The translations under genes were made by a program, and so were the position numbers. From an uncultured Verrucomicrobiae bacterium (GTDB lineage: Bacteria; Verrucomicrobiota; Verrucomicrobiia; Limisphaerales; Palsa-1400): DNA of 64,000 nt. Of this stretch, positions 38,446 through 48,536 are shown piece by piece. The notes under the pieces were generated by a model, which made no database searches, was not told the origin of the DNA, and was given only the letters and a program-made list of their open reading frames with translations. The DNA lies in the NCBI GenBank assembly GCA_963764165.1, contig CAVXRD010000004.1:608001-672000 (forward strand). The letters run 5' to 3'. The first letter of the stretch is position 1. Each line of letters starts with the position of its first letter.

Positions 38446-40011
38446 TTACCGGCTCTTTTTCAGAAGCCGGTATTCGAGCGAATCCACCAGCGCCTGGAGG
38501 CTGGCCTCGATGATGTTGTCGCTGACGCCGACGGTGCCCCATTCCTCGCGGCCGTCGGTGGATTCGATGAGCACGCGCGTGCGGGCGGCGGTGCCTGCGC
38601 CGGAGTCAAGTATGCGGACTTTGTAATCCGTCAGGCGGATTGATTTCACTTCGGGATAAAAACTGGCCAGCGCGCCGCGCAACGCCGAGTCAAGCGCGTT
38701 GACCGGGCCGTCGCCCTCCGCGACGGTATGGGCCGTCCTGCCCGAGACCTGCACTTTGATCGTCGCTTCGCAGACGCGGACCTTGCCCGTCGAGCGCATT
38801 GAGACGTGATACGATTGCACTTCCAGAGGCAGCGCTTCCTGCCGCAGCACGCGGCGGATCAGCACCGCCAGAGAACCGCCCGCCGCCTCAAACTCGTATC
38901 CTTCGTGCTCCAGCGTTTTCACGCGGGCTAGGATTTCGCGCAATTCAGGAGCGTCGTTCGAGAGCTTGATGCCGAGATCGCGCGCCTTCATCACGATATT
39001 GCTGCGGCCTGCGAGATCGCTGATGAGCACGTTGCGAGAATTGCCGACAACCGACGGATCGACGTGCTCGTAGCTGCGAAAAATCTTTTGCACCGCGTTC
39101 ACGTGCGTGCCGCCCTTGTGCGAAAACGCGGCGGAACCCACCCACGGCTGGCGCGGGTTGTGGCGGATGTTGGCAATCTCGTCGACGAATTGCGAAAGTT
39201 CCTTCAACAGCGGCAGCGATTCCACCGGAACACAGGTTTTCCCCAGCTTCAGCGCGACATTCGGAATCACGCTAGTGAGGTTGCAATTCCCGGTGCGTTC
39301 GCCGTAACCATTGATCGTCCCCTGCACGTGCGAAGCGCCGGCTTCCAGCGAAGCGAGCGCGTTTGCCAGCGCGAGGCCAGCATCGTCGTGCGTGTGAATG
39401 CCGATGCGCCCGCGCAATTTGCCGCGAGCCGATTCCGTGATGCGCGCCACTTCGCCCGGCAGCGAACCGCCGTTGGTATCGCACAACACGATGGCATCGG
39501 CGCCCGCACTTTCAGCGGCCTGCCAGGTGGCCAGCGCGTATTCGGCGTTGTCCTTGAAACCGTCGATGGCGTGCTCGGCGTCGTAGATCACAGTCTTGCC
39601 GTGATCTTTCAGAAAGCGAACCGTATCGGCAATCATGGCCAGATTCTCATCCGGGCTGGTGCGCAACACTTTTTTGACGTGCAACAGCCACGTCTTCCCG
39701 TAAATGGTGACCACAGGCGTTTCCGCTCCGAGCAGCAAACGCACCTGGTCGTCCTCCGCGACGTCAATATCCTTGCGGCGGGTGGAGCCGAAAGCCGCGA
39801 GTTTGGCCTTCTTGAATTTCTTGCGCTTGGCCTCGTTGAAAAATTCGATGTCCTTGGGATTGGAGCCCGGCCAGCCGCCTTCGATGTAATGAACGCCGAA
39901 AGCATCGAGTTTTTCGGCAATTCGCAACTTATCCATCACGGAAAAGTTGATGCCTTCACCCTGGCTGCCATCGCGCAGGGTGGTATCGTAAATCTCGACT
40001 TGCGGTTTCAT
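38446..40011 (-). CDS. cimA: Citramalate synthase
   Basis: YDTTLRDGSQGEG, EGGWPGSNPKD, HTHDD, GERTGN, AFSHKGGTH, GPVNALD, DYKVRIL. Confidence 0.93.
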   Translation of the reverse strand: MKPQVEIYDTTLRDGSQGEGINFSVMDKLRIAEKLDAFGVHYIEGGWPGSNPKDIEFFNEAKRKKFKKAKLAAFGSTRRKDIDVAEDDQVRLLLGAETPVVTIYGKTWLLHVKKVLRTSPDENLAMIADTVRFLKDHGKTVIYDAEHAIDGFKDNAEYALATWQAAESAGADAIVLCDTNGGSLPGEVARITESARGKLRGRIGIHTHDDAGLALANALASLEAGASHVQGTINGYGERTGNCNLTSVIPNVALKLGKTCVPVESLPLLKELSQFVDEIANIRHNPRQPWVGSAAFSHKGGTHVNAVQKIFRSYEHVDPSVVGNSRNVLISDLAGRSNIVMKARDLGIKLSNDAPELREILARVKTLEHEGYEFEAAGGSLAVLIRRVLRQEALPLEVQSYHVSMRSTGKVRVCEATIKVQVSGRTAHTVAEGDGPVNALDSALRGALASFYPEVKSIRLTDYKVRILDSGAGTAARTRVLIESTDGREEWGTVGVSDNIIEASLQALVDSLEYRLLKKSR

Positions 40012-40098
40012 ATAAACTCCGCCAAAGCGGGCTAAAGTAAATACGACACCGGGGGGCAATTTGCAAAACATTACGGGCGGGGAATGGGAAGATGGATG

Positions 40099-40178
40099 AA
40101 TCAGGAACGCCCGAACTCAGGAAAAAAGGTCGCGGAATAATCCCAATTCTCTTTTCCTGAGTTCGGGCGTTCCTGATT
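40099..40178. repeat. 27-bp perfect inverted repeat AATCAGGAACGCCCGAACTCAGGAAAA / TTTTCCTGAGTTCGGGCGTTCCTGATT
   Basis: Directly visible; same family as 2201-2270, 26816-26843 and 41933-42016. Confidence 0.8.
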
Positions 40179-40208
40179 TAAAACCTTCTTTGTTTTCAAG
40201 AAAAACCC

Positions 40209-40509
40209 TCATCCCTTGCGCTTGCCATCGTGAAATCCTTCGAGAATGTGGGCGTCGCGTTGAGCCTGTCCGGCGTTTAGGATTTTCTGAACGGTTTCTT
40301 CACTCAACGTCTGGTCCCCGACGGTTGAAAACACAAGAGCTTTGCCTTTGCGCACAAAACCCGAGGCCTCTTTGTTCGGGGTTAGCTTGACACGTCCCCC
40401 ATCGATCGAAATCTTGAAGTGTCGCCAGCTTTATTGCCAGTTCTTGGCGAATTTCCTTCGGAAGCACGATCCGGCCCGCTCGATCCATTGGCACACTTTT
40501 CGGTTTCAT
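40209..40509 (-). pseudogene. Frameshifted AbrB/MazE (VapB-like) antitoxin, followed by a possible stub of its toxin
   Basis: MDRAGRIVLPKEIRQELAIK then, after restoring two single-base deletions, (P)GD(T)FKISIDGGRVKLTP...GFVRKGKALVF to TGA. The overlapping ATGA starts MRVFLEN, then a repeat follows. Confidence 0.65.
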
Positions 40510-40593
40510 ACCATTTAAGAACACCATTGCCATTTTACATAGCAATTGAAATTTGAACCTGCTTCGTGTCTTGTGTGTCTGTCCTTCGCATAA

Positions 40594-41929
40594 ATGCGGA
40601 TCGCTGTCCAATATATTTCGAATCGACGGAAGATTGCCGCATTCCTTCTCCTCTTAGCGACTGTTGGCGGCGCCGTATACTTATTAAACGAAAGCGGGAT
40701 TCCAGGCGCTTTGGAATTGCCGATGCCGCTCGGCAGCAATGGCAGCTTTTCGGTTTATCCCGGAAAAGGCGGCGCAGTTTTTGTCATGCCGGACGGCTCG
40801 CTCTGGCATTGGGGCATGGATGTTGTTAATTCAAAGCGCAAACCGGAACTGGTCGACAAAACCCACCATTGGGTGGACGCCTTTCCGGTCGACAATCATT
40901 GGGTCGTGCGTGATGACAAAATCGGGTTGTGGGATGAGTCCCAAGCCACGCTGTCACTACGCACGGCGCTGACGCCAGAACATCATTGGCTCACGTTTGG
41001 CGTTCGAAGGCCAAAGCGTGTTCGGGTTGGATGCGGACCGGACTCTCTGGACTTGGCACACACTTTCCAACACGACGCTTAAAGGGATGTCGCTTGCGCT
41101 GATCGACCAGACGCAGCCATGGCAATGGCGCAGCTTCTCCTGGCTCGATTCCCGAGGACTCGCCGTATCCGTGAACGGCCGGCTTTGGGGATTTAATTTT
41201 CTTAACAATCAGAAATTCGTGCTGGCAAATGAGCTTCTGCCAGAAGGCACGAACTGGATGGGAGTTGCGGGCGGAAGTTTTGCCTGGACCAAAACAGGCG
41301 AATTGGCTGGAGCGATGATCGACAGGCTGTATTCGACCAACGTCACGGCGGCAGGACGCTTCGCTCTCGGGCAAATGATTCATGAGATTCGGCCGGATGG
41401 CACGCTTTGGCGAATTGGGGAACCTCAGATGCCCAAGCACCGAATTTACATTTGGAACGGTCCTTCGTTTGCTCCCTTCAAAGCAATGGCAGTTGAGCCA
41501 TCAGCAGGACCCCAATGGGTCTCTTATTTTTCGAGTCTTAGCAACAAAGTGCCCGCCAGGCTTGCGGCCTCGGCCAAGATTTACGCCTACCGTGTTCCCA
41601 CAAACATTGACACATATTCAAAAACCAAGTGGCGGCAAGTTGGGCAAAGAACGGATTGGGTTTCAGTGTGGGCTTCGGATGAAAGCTATTTCGGATTGAC
41701 TGCGAATGGCACCGTTTGGGTCTGGGGAACCGACTGGGGCCAAAAACCGCGAGTCTCTTCACGCGCGCAGGCTCAACACCTATGGCTGACAATCAAATCG
41801 AAGTTTGCAAAGCCACCGCCTCCCAAACTTCTTTTCGCCAACGTCGTCCCGGCATTGGAATATGCTCTCGTTTACCAGGAAGAGCCGCGCCCGCTCATGC
41901 GCTTCGCCAAACAGGCGCAAATAAAATAG
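40594..41929 (+). pseudogene. RCC1-like repeat membrane-anchored protein split by a frameshift near 40990-40997
   Basis: ORF1 has a TM and MPDGSLWHWG; ORF2 continues LDADRTLWTW, IRPDGTLWRIG, QVGQRTDWVSV, LTANGTVWVWG. Confidence 0.65.
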
Positions 41930-41932
41930 TTC

Positions 41933-42016
41933 AATCTGGAACTGCCGAAGTCAGAAAAAGACAATGAGCGCATTAACTCCCAGCGCCCCTGTTCCTGAGT
42001 TCGGTCGTTCCAGATT
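41933..42016. repeat. Palindromic repeat AATCTGGAACTGCCGAAGTCAG...TTCCTGAGTTCGGTCGTTCCAGATT
   Basis: Imperfect inverted repeat starting 4 bp after the stop codon at 41929. Confidence 0.75.
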
Positions 42017-42071
42017 CAGATCCGCCTTTCTTCCGCTTGCGCCCGCGCTGGAAATCGGCAATCTTTTTCCC

Positions 42072-42185
42072 ATGACCGTCGAAATTCTGGAAAACGAGTT
42101 AAAAACCCTCCCGGAATTGGAGCGAGCTAGAATCCATCAGCGGCGCCCTGCTGCAACTTTCACCGGCTTCCCTAAAGGTAATTGA
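42072..42185 (+). pseudogene. Possible truncated addiction-module antitoxin component
   Basis: MTVEILENELKTLPELERARI resembles the N-terminus of putative addiction-module components; rest is unrelated. Confidence 0.35.
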
Positions 42186-42458
42186 GCGGCAGTTGCGCCG
42201 CCGTGTTATCATAAGATGACAGCAATACGTTGTTTCTTTGGATGTTCGCGCGCGTTGAGCTTGGCAGCGCGAAATCCGGGAGGTTTGTGGGCTTATCCGT
42301 GGGTAATCGCAAGGAAAAATATAAAATTATTTTCCTGTGTCGCCTGTGGTCTGCTTTTTTGCCCCATGCTTAACAAAGAGTGCACATCCACCAACCCGAA
42401 GCAGATTGAATAAGTTTCCCGTTTCCATTCGTCAGGATATTGGTAAAATTTTATCTGG

Positions 42459-44915
42459 ATGCACCGCCTTTATGCCATCGGTCTGGCCGTTCTGTTTGTC
42501 GCCGCGCCTTGCGCCCGCGCTGGATTGACGCCGGATCAGATCAAAGCCCTCCCGAAACCCGCCGATCACGCCGTCGATTTCAAAACGGAGATCAAGCCCA
42601 TTTTCGAAGCGAGCTGCATTCGCTGCCACGGACGAGGGCGTGATCGGGGCGGCTTTCAAATCGATTCGCGCGAGCGGTTGATCAAAGGCGGCGAGAGCGG
42701 TCCGGGGGCCACGCCGGGAAACGGCGCGGGCAGCTATTTGGTTGAGGTCATTTCCGGTTTGAACGCTGACGAAGTCATGCCCAAAAAAGGCAAGCGCCTC
42801 ACGCCAGAGGAAGTCGCCGTTGTTCGCGCCTGGGTGGATCAGGGAATGAAGTGGGATCTGGAAATCAGTTTCGCGCCGGTCGCTCCGCAAAATCTCGACC
42901 CGCGATCCCCCGCCGAACCCGCTGGGCATGGCGAGGCGAATCCCTTGGATCGTTTTCTAGACGTCTATTTTGAGAAGCATCACATGAAGTCGCCGGATGC
43001 TGTCAGTGATCGCTCGTTCGCCCGGCGTGCTTATCTTGACACGATTGGCTTGACGCCACCGGCCACTGAATTGGACGCGTTTGTCTCCAGCGACAAGCCC
43101 GACAAACGCGCCGCGCTGGTGGCGGATTTGCTCTCCCGCGAAAATGCATTCGCGCAAAACTGGCTCAGTTTTTGGAACGATCTTCTTCGCAACGATTATA
43201 GGGGAACGGGCTACATCGACGGCGGGCGCGAACAGATCACCGATTGGCTATACAGCGCGCTTCGAACGAACATGCCCTACGACAAATTCGTGGCGCAATT
43301 GATCGATCCGAATAAAGGCTCGGAAGGTTTCACCAAAGGGATCGTGTGGCGCGGCACGGTGAACGCCAGCGAGATGCCGCAAATGCAAGCCGCCCAAAAT
43401 GTCTCGCAGGTTTTCATGGGTGTGAATTTGAAGTGCGCCTCCTGCCACGACAGTTTTATCAACGACTGGCAATTGTCGGATGCTTACGGACTGGCGAATG
43501 TGTTTAGCGAATCGCCATTGGAAATTTATCGCTGCGACCAGCCAACCGGACAAAAGGCGGCGACGAAGTTCATCTTCTCGCAACTTGGCGATTTGCCCGC
43601 CACGACCAATAAGCAAGAGCGGCTGCGCGCCTTGGCGGGCGTCGTCACCTGCCCCAAAGACGGACGGCTCTCGCGCACCATCGTCAACCGCTTGTGGGCG
43701 AAATTTCTGGGACGCGGGCTTGTCGAGCCGGTCGATGATATGCAGCAGACAGCCTGGGACTCCGACCTGCTCGATTGGCTGGCGGAGGATTTGGTGGCGC
43801 ACCATTATGATCTAAAATGGACGATGGCACGCATCCTGACCTCGCGAGCTTATCAATTGCCCGCCGTTGATTTGGGCGAGCACCAAAGCACGAATTTTGT
43901 TTTCACCGGCCCATCCGTCCGCCGGATGACCGCCGAGCAATTCCGGGACGCGCTGGATACGCTTGCCGAGGCGCGCTATCCAGTGGCCGACGCGATGGTG
44001 GATTACGGCGATGCCGCGAGGAAACAGTTCAAAATGCAGGAAGCGCCGCTGTGGATTTGGAACACGCCCAAAGCTGCGGAGGACGCGCCTGTCACTAATA
44101 TTTATCTTCGAAAGACGGTGAAACTCACCGAACAGCCGCGGGAAGCGCTGGCGGTTGTGTTTTGCGATAACAGCTTCGAGCTCTTTGTCAACGGCCATAA
44201 AGCAGGCTCTGGAAATGATTACTCAAGGGCATATTTGATTGACATGCGAAAGTCGCTGAAGAAAGGCGAAAACGTGATCGCGGTTCGCGCCGCTAATGCC
44301 GAAGCAAAAGCACCGAATCCCGCAGGCTTCCTTGCCTATATGCGCATCCGGATTCCGACGGACGGGGAAGAGGAAATGGCCGATTTCGCCAGCGACAAAA
44401 CGTGGATCGTCACGGACGTGGAAACCAAGGGCTGGGAAAAACCCGGATTTGCCGCCACAAATTGGACTGCCGCGAGCGAGTTGGGCTCGCTCTCCATTGC
44501 GCCTTGGGGCATCACAGATGACAAACTCATCAACCCATTCTTGACGCGCATGGAGGGCGGTGTTCGGTCTGCGCTGGTGGCGGCGGATCCGCTGGCGATT
44601 GCCATGGGCCGTCCAAATCGCGAGCAAGTGGTGACCACGCGCGCCTCCCTCGCCACGACGCTGCAAGCCCTGGAGCTTACCAATGGCAAGACGCTCGAAA
44701 GCGAATTGCACAAAGCATCCGCGAATTTGCTGAAGAAGAATTCGAGCGGCCCCACGCTAGTTGCGGATGTCTACGAAAATGCCATTGGCAGAAAGCCGAC
44801 CAAAGATGAATTAACGCTGGCCACAACTGTGGTCGGCCAAACTCCAACCCGCGAAGGCGTCGAGGACTTTTTGTGGGGGGTGGCGATGCTGCCGGAATTT
44901 CAATTAATTTACTGA
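42459..44915 (+). CDS. Planctomycete cytochrome c / DUF1549 / DUF1553 (PSD1) protein
   Basis: CIRCHG and CASCHD heme motifs, RRAYLDTIGLTP, NMPYDKFV, VNRLWAKFLGRGLV. Confidence 0.92.
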   Translation: MHRLYAIGLAVLFVAAPCARAGLTPDQIKALPKPADHAVDFKTEIKPIFEASCIRCHGRGRDRGGFQIDSRERLIKGGESGPGATPGNGAGSYLVEVISGLNADEVMPKKGKRLTPEEVAVVRAWVDQGMKWDLEISFAPVAPQNLDPRSPAEPAGHGEANPLDRFLDVYFEKHHMKSPDAVSDRSFARRAYLDTIGLTPPATELDAFVSSDKPDKRAALVADLLSRENAFAQNWLSFWNDLLRNDYRGTGYIDGGREQITDWLYSALRTNMPYDKFVAQLIDPNKGSEGFTKGIVWRGTVNASEMPQMQAAQNVSQVFMGVNLKCASCHDSFINDWQLSDAYGLANVFSESPLEIYRCDQPTGQKAATKFIFSQLGDLPATTNKQERLRALAGVVTCPKDGRLSRTIVNRLWAKFLGRGLVEPVDDMQQTAWDSDLLDWLAEDLVAHHYDLKWTMARILTSRAYQLPAVDLGEHQSTNFVFTGPSVRRMTAEQFRDALDTLAEARYPVADAMVDYGDAARKQFKMQEAPLWIWNTPKAAEDAPVTNIYLRKTVKLTEQPREALAVVFCDNSFELFVNGHKAGSGNDYSRAYLIDMRKSLKKGENVIAVRAANAEAKAPNPAGFLAYMRIRIPTDGEEEMADFASDKTWIVTDVETKGWEKPGFAATNWTAASELGSLSIAPWGITDDKLINPFLTRMEGGVRSALVAADPLAIAMGRPNREQVVTTRASLATTLQALELTNGKTLESELHKASANLLKKNSSGPTLVADVYENAIGRKPTKDELTLATTVVGQTPTREGVEDFLWGVAMLPEFQLIY

Positions 44916-44923
44916 CGCAAAAT

Positions 44924-46351
44924 ATGAACGGCATGACACGCAATTGGAATCGGCGCGATTTCTTAAAGACCGCCAGCGCCGCAACGCTTGGAGCATTGGC
45001 GGCGGGCGCGCCGCGGCGGATTTTCGCGGACACTGAAGCCCCTATAAAATCCACCGCTGACACCGTCATCGTTCTTTGGATGGCGGGAGGAATGGCGCAC
45101 ACGGAAACATTCGATCCGAAGCGGTATGTCCCCTACTCCGCTGGAATGCCATTTTCGGACATGCTGAGCACATTTCCGAAAATCGACACGGCGGTCGATC
45201 ACATAAAATTTTCGCAAGGCTTGGACAAAATTGGCGGCGTGATGGATCGCGGAACGCTGATTCGTTCCTACACGGCGGGAGATCTCGGATTCATTCTGCA
45301 CACACGGCACCAATACCAGTGGCATACCGGCTACGCGCCGCCGCAAACTGTGGCCTGCCCGCACATCGGCGCGGTGATTGCGCGAACGCTGGGTCCGAAA
45401 AACCCAGCGGTGCCGGCGTTCATTGACATCGGCCAGCGTTTCGATGTGGGTGAAGGCGAGGAGTTGAAGGCGTTTCATTCGGCGGGATTTCTCGGGAGCG
45501 AATTTGGCCCGTTTGTTGTTTCCAATCCGGCCGACGCGGTGGAAAGCGTCCGGCCGCCGGAAGGAATGAGCCCATCGCGGTTCGAGAACCGTGACAAATT
45601 CTACCGTTCGCTGGTGGCGCAATCGCCCATCGGCCAGCTCGGCAGCGATTACCAGAAGCAATCGCTTCTGAGGTCGCTGGATAATGCGCATCGGCTGCTG
45701 AGTTCACCAGCCGCCAAGGCATTCGACCTGTCGCTGGAGAAGAAGGAGGTCTACGACAAATACAACACCGGGCGATTCGGCTTGGGCTGCCTTCTCGCGC
45801 GGCGATTAACCGAGGCCGGCGCGCGGTTCATCGAGGTGACGTCGGAATATATTCCATTCGAGTATTTCGATACACACGAAAACGGGCACACCCGGATGGC
45901 GGATTTGAAGAAAACGGTGGATGGGCCGGTCGCCCAATTGGTGAAGGATCTCGAAGAACGCGGCTTGCTTGACAGGACATTGATTGTGCTGGCCAGCGAG
46001 TTCAGCCGCGATGCGCTGCTGGAAGGCAAGCCCGACAAACCTGTTAAAGATCAAGTGGTGCTTCCGGAAAAGGTGACGGACATCAAATTTTACGGCATGC
46101 ACCGGCATTTCACCGACGCCGGTTCCGTGCTGCTTTTCGGCGGCGGAATGAAACGCGGCCACTTGCACGGTGAAACGGCGGAAGAACGCCCGTGCAAAAC
46201 AATCAAAGACCGCGTCGTGATTGAAGATCTGCACGCGACGATTTACCGCGCGCTCGGAATTTCGCCAAAGCTGTCTTACGAGATTGAAAAGAGGCCGTTC
46301 TATGTGACACGGGACGGCGTGGGCCAGCCGATTATGGATGTTTTCGCTTGA
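44924..46351 (+). CDS. Tat-exported DUF1501 protein
   Basis: NRRDFLK twin-arginine, LWMAGGMAHTETFDPK, CLLARRL.EAGARFIEV, SEFSR. Confidence 0.92.
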   Translation: MNGMTRNWNRRDFLKTASAATLGALAAGAPRRIFADTEAPIKSTADTVIVLWMAGGMAHTETFDPKRYVPYSAGMPFSDMLSTFPKIDTAVDHIKFSQGLDKIGGVMDRGTLIRSYTAGDLGFILHTRHQYQWHTGYAPPQTVACPHIGAVIARTLGPKNPAVPAFIDIGQRFDVGEGEELKAFHSAGFLGSEFGPFVVSNPADAVESVRPPEGMSPSRFENRDKFYRSLVAQSPIGQLGSDYQKQSLLRSLDNAHRLLSSPAAKAFDLSLEKKEVYDKYNTGRFGLGCLLARRLTEAGARFIEVTSEYIPFEYFDTHENGHTRMADLKKTVDGPVAQLVKDLEERGLLDRTLIVLASEFSRDALLEGKPDKPVKDQVVLPEKVTDIKFYGMHRHFTDAGSVLLFGGGMKRGHLHGETAEERPCKTIKDRVVIEDLHATIYRALGISPKLSYEIEKRPFYVTRDGVGQPIMDVFA

Positions 46352-47028
46352 GCGACAAGCACAACCGATATTCTGTGGCATGGGCCAACCCCCTGCCCGT
46401 TCTGTCCGCCGCATGGGATGATGCAGCGTGGATGGAGGCCGCCACTGCCAGCGTTGAAAGTTTTCGTCCTGAAAGCAGCTCTCACAGGCCGCAGACGTGC
46501 TTGCGATTGCTGCACGACGGACGGACACTTGCCGGAGTCTTCAATGTGCGCGACCAATTTGTCCGCGCCGTTCGCGCGAATTATTTCGATGAAGTTTGGA
46601 AGGACAGTTGCGTTGAGATATTTCTCCAGCCGAAACCGGATGGCGGCTATTTTAATTTGGAAATGAACGCGGCTGGAGCGCATCTTTGCTGCTACATTGA
46701 GGACGTCACGCGCGTTCCAAGCGGATTTGAGAAATACACCAAATTGCCGCCGGAAATTGGCAAACGCATTCTTGTCCAATCATCGTTTGGAAACGTGGTG
46801 GAACCGGAACTGGCAGACGCCGTGACGTGGCATGTTGCCTTTTTCATTCCGCTGGAAGTGTTTGAGGAATACACCGGTCCGCTCGGCTCGCTTACAGGTC
46901 AATGCTGGCGCGGGAATTTTTTCAAATGCGCGGAGGAAATTTCGCACCCACATTGGGCATCGTGGTCGCCTGTGGATGAATTTAATTTTCATCTTCCACG
47001 ATGCTTTGGCACCATCTCGTTTGCATGA
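46348..47028 (+). CDS. CBM9-like (DOMON) family protein
   Basis: VWKDSCVEIF, YFNLEMN, WRGNFFKC, HWASWSP...FHLP. Confidence 0.8.
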   Translation: MSDKHNRYSVAWANPLPVLSAAWDDAAWMEAATASVESFRPESSSHRPQTCLRLLHDGRTLAGVFNVRDQFVRAVRANYFDEVWKDSCVEIFLQPKPDGGYFNLEMNAAGAHLCCYIEDVTRVPSGFEKYTKLPPEIGKRILVQSSFGNVVEPELADAVTWHVAFFIPLEVFEEYTGPLGSLTGQCWRGNFFKCAEEISHPHWASWSPVDEFNFHLPRCFGTISFA

Positions 47029-48074
47029 AAACTTTAGCCTGCGTTGCGGGTCTTGCTCTCACATTTGCGATTTATGCGGCGCGCGCCGCGGAACCGACAC
47101 TCGATATTTACTGGATTGATGTCGAGGGTGGTGGCGGAACGCTTATTGTCACACCGGCCCACGAGTCCATTCTTATTGACACCGGGTGGCCGTGGGGGCC
47201 AAGCGCGGCACGCATCCGAAATGCCGCGACGAACGCCGGGTTAAGCCGCATTGATTATCTGGTTTTGACGCATTTTCACATTGATCACTTTGGCGGAGCG
47301 GCGCCGCTGGCGAATCTTATCCCGATTGGGACGGTTCTCGATAACGGCATCCCCGACCACGATCCCGATGGCGGAAACGATCAGAAGTTTTCTGAATCGA
47401 TCAAGCCGTATCGTGAATTCAAGGCCCAGCACCGCACTCAGATCAAGCCGGGTGAAACGCTGCCCCTGAAACAAGCCGGACCGAGTGCGCTGAGTTTTCA
47501 ATTCATGGGTGCGCGGAAGCAATTCGCGCATCCTAAGGGAATGGGCGACACCAATTCAGTTTGCTCCGGCGGCACGCAGCTTCCCACTGACACCAGCGAC
47601 AACGCCAACAGCGCTGTCTCGCTCGTGCAATTTGGCTCGTTCAAATTTTTCGACGGCGGAGATTTGACGTGGAACATGGAAGGCGAAATGGTCTGTCCGA
47701 CCAATTCAATCGGAATGGTCGATGTCTACCAAGTTGACCACCATGGGATGGACATTAGCAACAATCCCCTGCTCCTCCGAAGCCTTTCGCCCGTCGTGAC
47801 TGTGATGAACAACGGTGCGCGCAAAGGCGGCGCGAAAGCGACTTTGGCGACACTGCGCAGCGTGCCCTCCATTCAGACGATGTATCAAGTCCACCGCGAC
47901 CTGCGTGGCGGCGCCGCATTCAACACCGACGATCAATTTATCGCAAACCTCGATGAAAAGTGCGCGGGCAATTTCATCAAGTGCTCAGTAGACTCGTCCG
48001 GGAAAAGTTACACGATGAGCATTCCTGCGAAGGGATTATCAAAAACCTACCAAACGCGGACATCTGCCCAATGA
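47025..48074 (+). CDS. Secreted metallo-beta-lactamase fold (ComEC-like) hydrolase
   Basis: IDVEGG, IDTG, THFHIDHFGG, GGDL, HHG. Confidence 0.88.
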   Translation: MKTLACVAGLALTFAIYAARAAEPTLDIYWIDVEGGGGTLIVTPAHESILIDTGWPWGPSAARIRNAATNAGLSRIDYLVLTHFHIDHFGGAAPLANLIPIGTVLDNGIPDHDPDGGNDQKFSESIKPYREFKAQHRTQIKPGETLPLKQAGPSALSFQFMGARKQFAHPKGMGDTNSVCSGGTQLPTDTSDNANSAVSLVQFGSFKFFDGGDLTWNMEGEMVCPTNSIGMVDVYQVDHHGMDISNNPLLLRSLSPVVTVMNNGARKGGAKATLATLRSVPSIQTMYQVHRDLRGGAAFNTDDQFIANLDEKCAGNFIKCSVDSSGKSYTMSIPAKGLSKTYQTRTSAQ

Positions 48075-48475
48075 ACTCGAACAACCCAGCAAACGGATTT
48101 AAAACCCACGTCACCGCAACCCTGGCTGCAAGGGATTGGGGGCGGGCGGTAGAATTCTACAAGGCGGCTTTTGGCGCGACAGAATTGCATTCTGTTCCGG
48201 GCGGTGGAGTTGCTCAGTTAAGTGTGGGCGGCGCGGATTTCTGGGTTGCCGAGGAATCGAGAGAACATCTGAATTTCAGTCCCGAATCGCTGGGCGGCTG
48301 CTCGGTGCGCATGCTGCTGATTGTCGAAGACCCGGCGGCGGTGTGTGAGAAAGCTGTAGCGGCCGGGGCAACTCAAGTTTATCCGGTTGCGGACGCTCAC
48401 GGGTGGACAATAGGCCGAATCGTAGATCCATCCGGGCATCATTGGGAAGTTGCCAGAAAAACGACCTGCGTGTGA
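48071..48475 (+). CDS. VOC/glyoxalase (PhnB-like) protein
   Basis: AVEFYKAAFGA, AVAAGAT, GRIVDPSGHHWE. Confidence 0.85.
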   Translation: MNSNNPANGFKTHVTATLAARDWGRAVEFYKAAFGATELHSVPGGGVAQLSVGGADFWVAEESREHLNFSPESLGGCSVRMLLIVEDPAAVCEKAVAAGATQVYPVADAHGWTIGRIVDPSGHHWEVARKTTCV

Positions 48476-48536
48476 AATGCGCCGCTTCGACGACTCAAAG
48501 AATCCGGTTTTTCCAGCAGCTCGATTCAGCGCTGCC

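Noticed and set aside
40099..42016. Palindromes as integron attC sites
   Set aside because: They contain AAC...GTT but lack the RYYYAAC/GTTRRRY consensus. The tyrosine recombinase in the window looks like XerC without the IntI insertion.
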